The position numbers and the translations under genes are program-made. A stretch of DNA of 64,000 nt from Amoebophrya sp. A120. Lineage: Eukaryota; Protista; Dinoflagellata. The stretch is from positions 1,112,004-1,176,003 of the forward strand of contig CAJINV010000012.1 in NCBI GenBank assembly GCA_905178155.1, in the 5' to 3' direction. The stretch's first letter is position 1. Each line of letters begins with the position of its first letter. Shown here in pieces: positions 61,201-64,000 of the stretch. The notes under the pieces are model-generated. The model was given only the letters and a program-made list of their open reading frames with translations, was not told where the DNA came from and made no database searches.

Positions 61201-64000
61201 GATGGAAACAGTTGCGAATGCAACCCACCATGACAATTTTCCAGAACGCTTGTTTCTCATAGGCAATCCGCATGAGAAACTGCGTTTCTGCATGTACAAA
61301 AGAGGTTACGCAATACAGATTTTCTAGGTATGGAAAGCTAGCATTACAAGTTCCAACCTTCCAGACCCAGACATATTTGCAATCCATATGCTTGATCTCT
61401 TTTTCATTTTCCTCGTTCTCCTCTTTCAGCTCGTCTTTTTTCTTCGTCACCTCCTCCAGCTGCCCGCTCAGCTTCTCCGCCCGGGCCGCCTCGCGCTCCT
61501 TGTCGTCTTTGTTGTTGTCGTTTTCCTCGGTGAGCTTGTCGTGGTCTTTTTTCAAAGCGTTCAAATCTTTCTCTAATTGGTCGCGCTCGTCGTCCAACTT
61601 GTCGCTTTTCTCGCTCAGCTCCTTCACCTCGTTTTCCAATTTCTCGACCTTCTTATCCCCGTCTTCCTTCGCGTCCTTCAATTTGTCCCTTTCCTCCGAC
61701 AAATCCGAAACTTGCTTCTTCAAACTCTCTGCCTCCTTTTCAAACCCATCCTTTTCGTCATCGAGCTTGTCCGCTTTTTGCGTCAGTTCGGTGACTTCCT
61801 TGGTCAGCTTTTCCACCTGTTTGTCCGCATCTTCTTTCTCGTCCGTGAGTTTTTCCTTGTCGGTTTTCAGCGTATCAACCTCCTTCTCCAGCTGCTCGGT
61901 TTTCTTTTCAAATTCTTCCTTTGCGTTGTCCAATTTGTCGGATTTTTCCGTCAACTCAGCGACCTCCTTCTCCAATTTTTCTGCTTTCTTTTCCGCGTCT
62001 TCCTTTTCATCTGTGAGCTTTTCCTTATCGGTCTGCAGCGAATCTTTGTCCTTTTCCAGGGTTTCGACCTGCTTCTCGAACTGCTCCTTTTCGTTTTGGA
62101 GTTGATCCTTCGTCTTTGTTAGCTCTTCGATCTCCTTTTCCTGCTTTTCTCCCTTCTCGACCGCGTCCTTCTTTTCATCGGTGAGTTTTTCCTTCTCCGT
62201 GTTGGCGGTATCCAGGGTTTTCTCCAGTTCCTCTATTCTCTTCTCGCCCTGTTCTATCCCACAAAAAAAGTGTTACAGTTACACATTTGATGTAACTTCA
62301 GCATCACAAGTTTTCTCCGCATGACAGAGAAAACTTGCAATGCAAAGATCATAAGGGAAAACAGGAACGAAACGAGGCTCCAAAGCGTTTCCTGCTCTCG
62401 CATGAGAAAGGTTGTCTGTGTTGCCAGTTTTGCAACACAATGTGTAACTGTAACACTTTCTTCCTCCCATATGTTCCTTCTCCGCCTTTAGCCCGTCTTT
62501 CTCGGAGTTGGCTTCCTCGAGCTCCTTCTCCAATTTACTGACTTTCTCCTCCCCGTCTTGCTGCAGGGCGGAAAGCTTTTCTTTTTCGTTCTCCAGCTCC
62601 TCCTTCGCTTTCCCCAGCTCTTCCACCTTTCCCTCGGCGGCCTGCTTCTCCCCTTGCAGCCCATCCCGCTCGGACTCCAGCTCTTCTTTCGACTTTTCTA
62701 ATTCCGTATCAAATGCAAATATGTCTGGGTCTTGAAGAGTCGGAGTTTGTCATGCACATGTTGCATGACGCGTGAGGTCTGTGATGCAGGTCCTAGCATC
62801 ACAGATTCTTTGACGGCTTCTTGATGCTTATCACGCATGAGAAATGGCTTCTCCGCGTGCCAAGAACTGGACCCCTCTTGCTGCTCATGTTGCAACACAG
62901 ATACTTTTAGAATCCGTAGACAGCATTACAAGTTCCACCCTTCCAGACCCAGACATATTTGCATTTCATATTCCGCCAGTTTTTCCTCCGCGGTGGTCTT
63001 CTCAGCGAGCAAGGCTTCTTTCTCTGCTTCCAATGCCTGCTTCGCAGTTTCGGTTATAACCCGCTCAGGTGTTACAATCTCAAACGTTACAAGCAAGTCC
63101 GGAATTTGTGTTGCAAAATGCGCAACATCTGGCCTACTCCCACAGGAGCGCGCATGACAAGTTTCGGAGAGCCAACCCCGATGAGAATCTGGCGAAATTT
63201 GTATTGCGAAAAGCCCAAGTCTCTGTATGGCACTCATGCTGTTTATGCAAGACAAATTGCAGACTCTATTGTAACGTTTGAGATTGTAACATCTGAGACA
63301 GACATATCGGTTTCCTCCGCTTTCTGGTCCGCGGCGGTTTTTTATGAGACTGCCCAACTCCTCCTCCCCCTCATTTGTATGGGATGAACGGCAATGCAAG
63401 CGTCAGCAAGAATGGCGGTTTTGCATCACAAATCTGCACAGCCACAGGAAACTTGTCCTATTTGGACTGCGAGATGAACTTGTCATGCAAACATTGCCAA
63501 GAGGCACAGTGTGGATATGGGATTTTGCACGACAAATGAGGGGGAGAACGAGGGGGGTTGTGCTCTCTCATACTTTTTCCCCCTGCAACCCATCCCTTTC
63601 CGATTCGAGTTCTTCCTTATCAAATGCAAAAATGTCTGGGTCTGCAAACTTGTCATGCTAAAGCTGCATGATAGACGCACTGCAGTACACAGCTATGCAT
63701 GACAAATATTTTGGCTGTCATGTCTTACGTATTCCGCATGGCAAACTGCGTTTTTGCATGACAGGTAAAAGGGCTTTCTCGTGCCTATGCAACACACAGA
63801 TTCTCGAATCATGCCAGACAAGCATGACAAACTTGCATTCTTCCAGACCCAGACACTTTTACAGTTGATATTCCTTCTGCTTCTCCAATTCCGCGACCTT
63901 CTCTTCCGCGGCCGTTTTCTCTGCGGTCAGACCCTCTTTCTCGGATTCCACCGCTTCCAATTTCTTCTCCGCCGCTTCCTTTTCGCCCTTCAGACTATGT
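43252..64000 (-). CDS. Long E/K-rich coiled-coil protein (5' end outside window); 19 introners; last intron ~11 kb
   Basis: Heptad-rich exons; the junctions I translated join in frame by the 5-bp rule; terminal join LLEKYG|ITDAETAGGDAY* (stop at 43252). Confidence 0.85.
44493..46182 (-). CDS. Tyrosine recombinase of the retroelement (2 introns)
   Basis: TSGLR (Arg), DVK (Lys), YGIRRG (HxxR position), FLW, ERDY (Tyr); intron 44988-45105 joins ELNM|VHLP in frame. Confidence 0.8.
46383..48732 (-). CDS. Reverse transcriptase plus RNase H (DIRS-type; 1 intron)
   Basis: RT motifs DDLFQAYFQ, LNFG, YVDD; RNase H motifs SDAS, YEILA, CDN, NPADATTR; intron 48115-48232. Confidence 0.9.
49588..53284 (-). 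CDS. Gag-like ORF1 with C-terminal Cys/His cluster and basic tail (4 introns)
   Basis: Four ORF pieces joined by GT-AG introns; CTLFCGGLC...CKWGDKCERDNGGH; lies upstream of RT. Confidence 0.65.
54492..54785. mobile_element. Introner family A
   Basis: TIR; TSD CTGCG/CTGCA. Confidence 0.9.
55267..55517. mobile_element. Introner family A
   Basis: TIR; TSD CAGAT/CAGTT. Confidence 0.9.
55568..55785. mobile_element. Introner family F
   Basis: TIR; TSD TTTTG/TCTTG. Confidence 0.9.
56492..56803. mobile_element. Introner family H
   Basis: TIR TATTACAATGAAAAATGCCC; TSD ACCAG/ACCCG. Confidence 0.9.
56855..57164. mobile_element. Introner family C
   Basis: TIR; TSD CCTCC/CCTCC. Confidence 0.9.
57217..57368. 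mobile_element. Introner family D
   Basis: TIR; TSD TTCCA/TTCCA. Confidence 0.9.
57749..59101. mobile_element. Introner family D with a nested ~1.2-kb insertion
   Basis: TSD ACCGT/ACCGT; insert flanked by TAAGGCAAA direct repeats. Confidence 0.85.
59340..59497. mobile_element. Introner family D
   Basis: TIR; TSD CTGCA/CTGCA. Confidence 0.9.
59703..59850. mobile_element. Introner family D (opposite orientation to 59340)
   Basis: TIR; TSD TGGTG/TGGTG. Confidence 0.9.
60020..60287. mobile_element. Introner family G
   Basis: Imperfect TIR; TSD TCCCG/TCCCG. Confidence 0.9.
60425..60678. mobile_element. Introner family A
   Basis: TIR; TSD TCCAA/TCCAA. Confidence 0.9.
60834..61055. mobile_element. 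Old introner with eroded TSD
   Basis: Imperfect TIR; removing element plus 5 nt restores ME-K-QEKE. Confidence 0.7.
61148..61388. mobile_element. Introner family A
   Basis: TIR; TSD TGCTT/TGCTT. Confidence 0.9.
62255..62471. mobile_element. Introner (AAAGTGTTACAGTTACACATT TIR)
   Basis: TIR; TSD TGTTC/TGTTC. Confidence 0.9.
62707..62970. mobile_element. Introner family A
   Basis: TIR; TSD TTCCG/TTCCG. Confidence 0.9.
63055..63306. mobile_element. Introner family G
   Basis: TSD TCGGT/TCGGT. Confidence 0.9.
63343..63572. mobile_element. Introner family F
   Basis: TIR; TSD TTTTT/CTTTT. Confidence 0.9.
63618..63870. mobile_element. Introner family A
   Basis: TIR; TSD TTCCT/TTCCT. Confidence 0.9.

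Noticed and set aside
945-63870. Recurring peptides (CKNVWVWK, FQTQTYLH, PDPDIFA) as a protein family
   Set aside because: They are translations of introner TIRs.

Overview
Eukaryotic protist DNA, most likely an Amoebophrya-like (Syndiniales) parasitic dinoflagellate; this is inferred from the intron architecture, not proven. All recognisable host genes lie on the minus strand: three hypothetical proteins, two PKA regulatory-subunit paralogues and a long coiled-coil protein. They are interrupted by about 50 short (150-380 bp) MITE-like 'introners' from at least 8 TIR families. Nearly all end in TAT...ATA, are flanked by a 5-bp direct repeat, carry many copies of GCAT(C/G/T)ACA(A/G)A in both orientations, and restore the reading frame when the element plus one repeat copy is removed, usually without GT-AG ends. 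The standout feature is an apparently intact ~11-kb tyrosine-recombinase (Ngaro/PAT-like) retrotransposon at 43444-54401. It has split direct repeats, is inserted inside an introner TIR, and its gag-like, RT/RNase H and YR ORFs are broken by about 7 canonical GT-AG introns. Also present is a chimeric non-LTR cluster (23.8-31.5 kb) stitched together by a recurrent ~65-nt motif. All coordinates were read by eye and may be off by a few bases.
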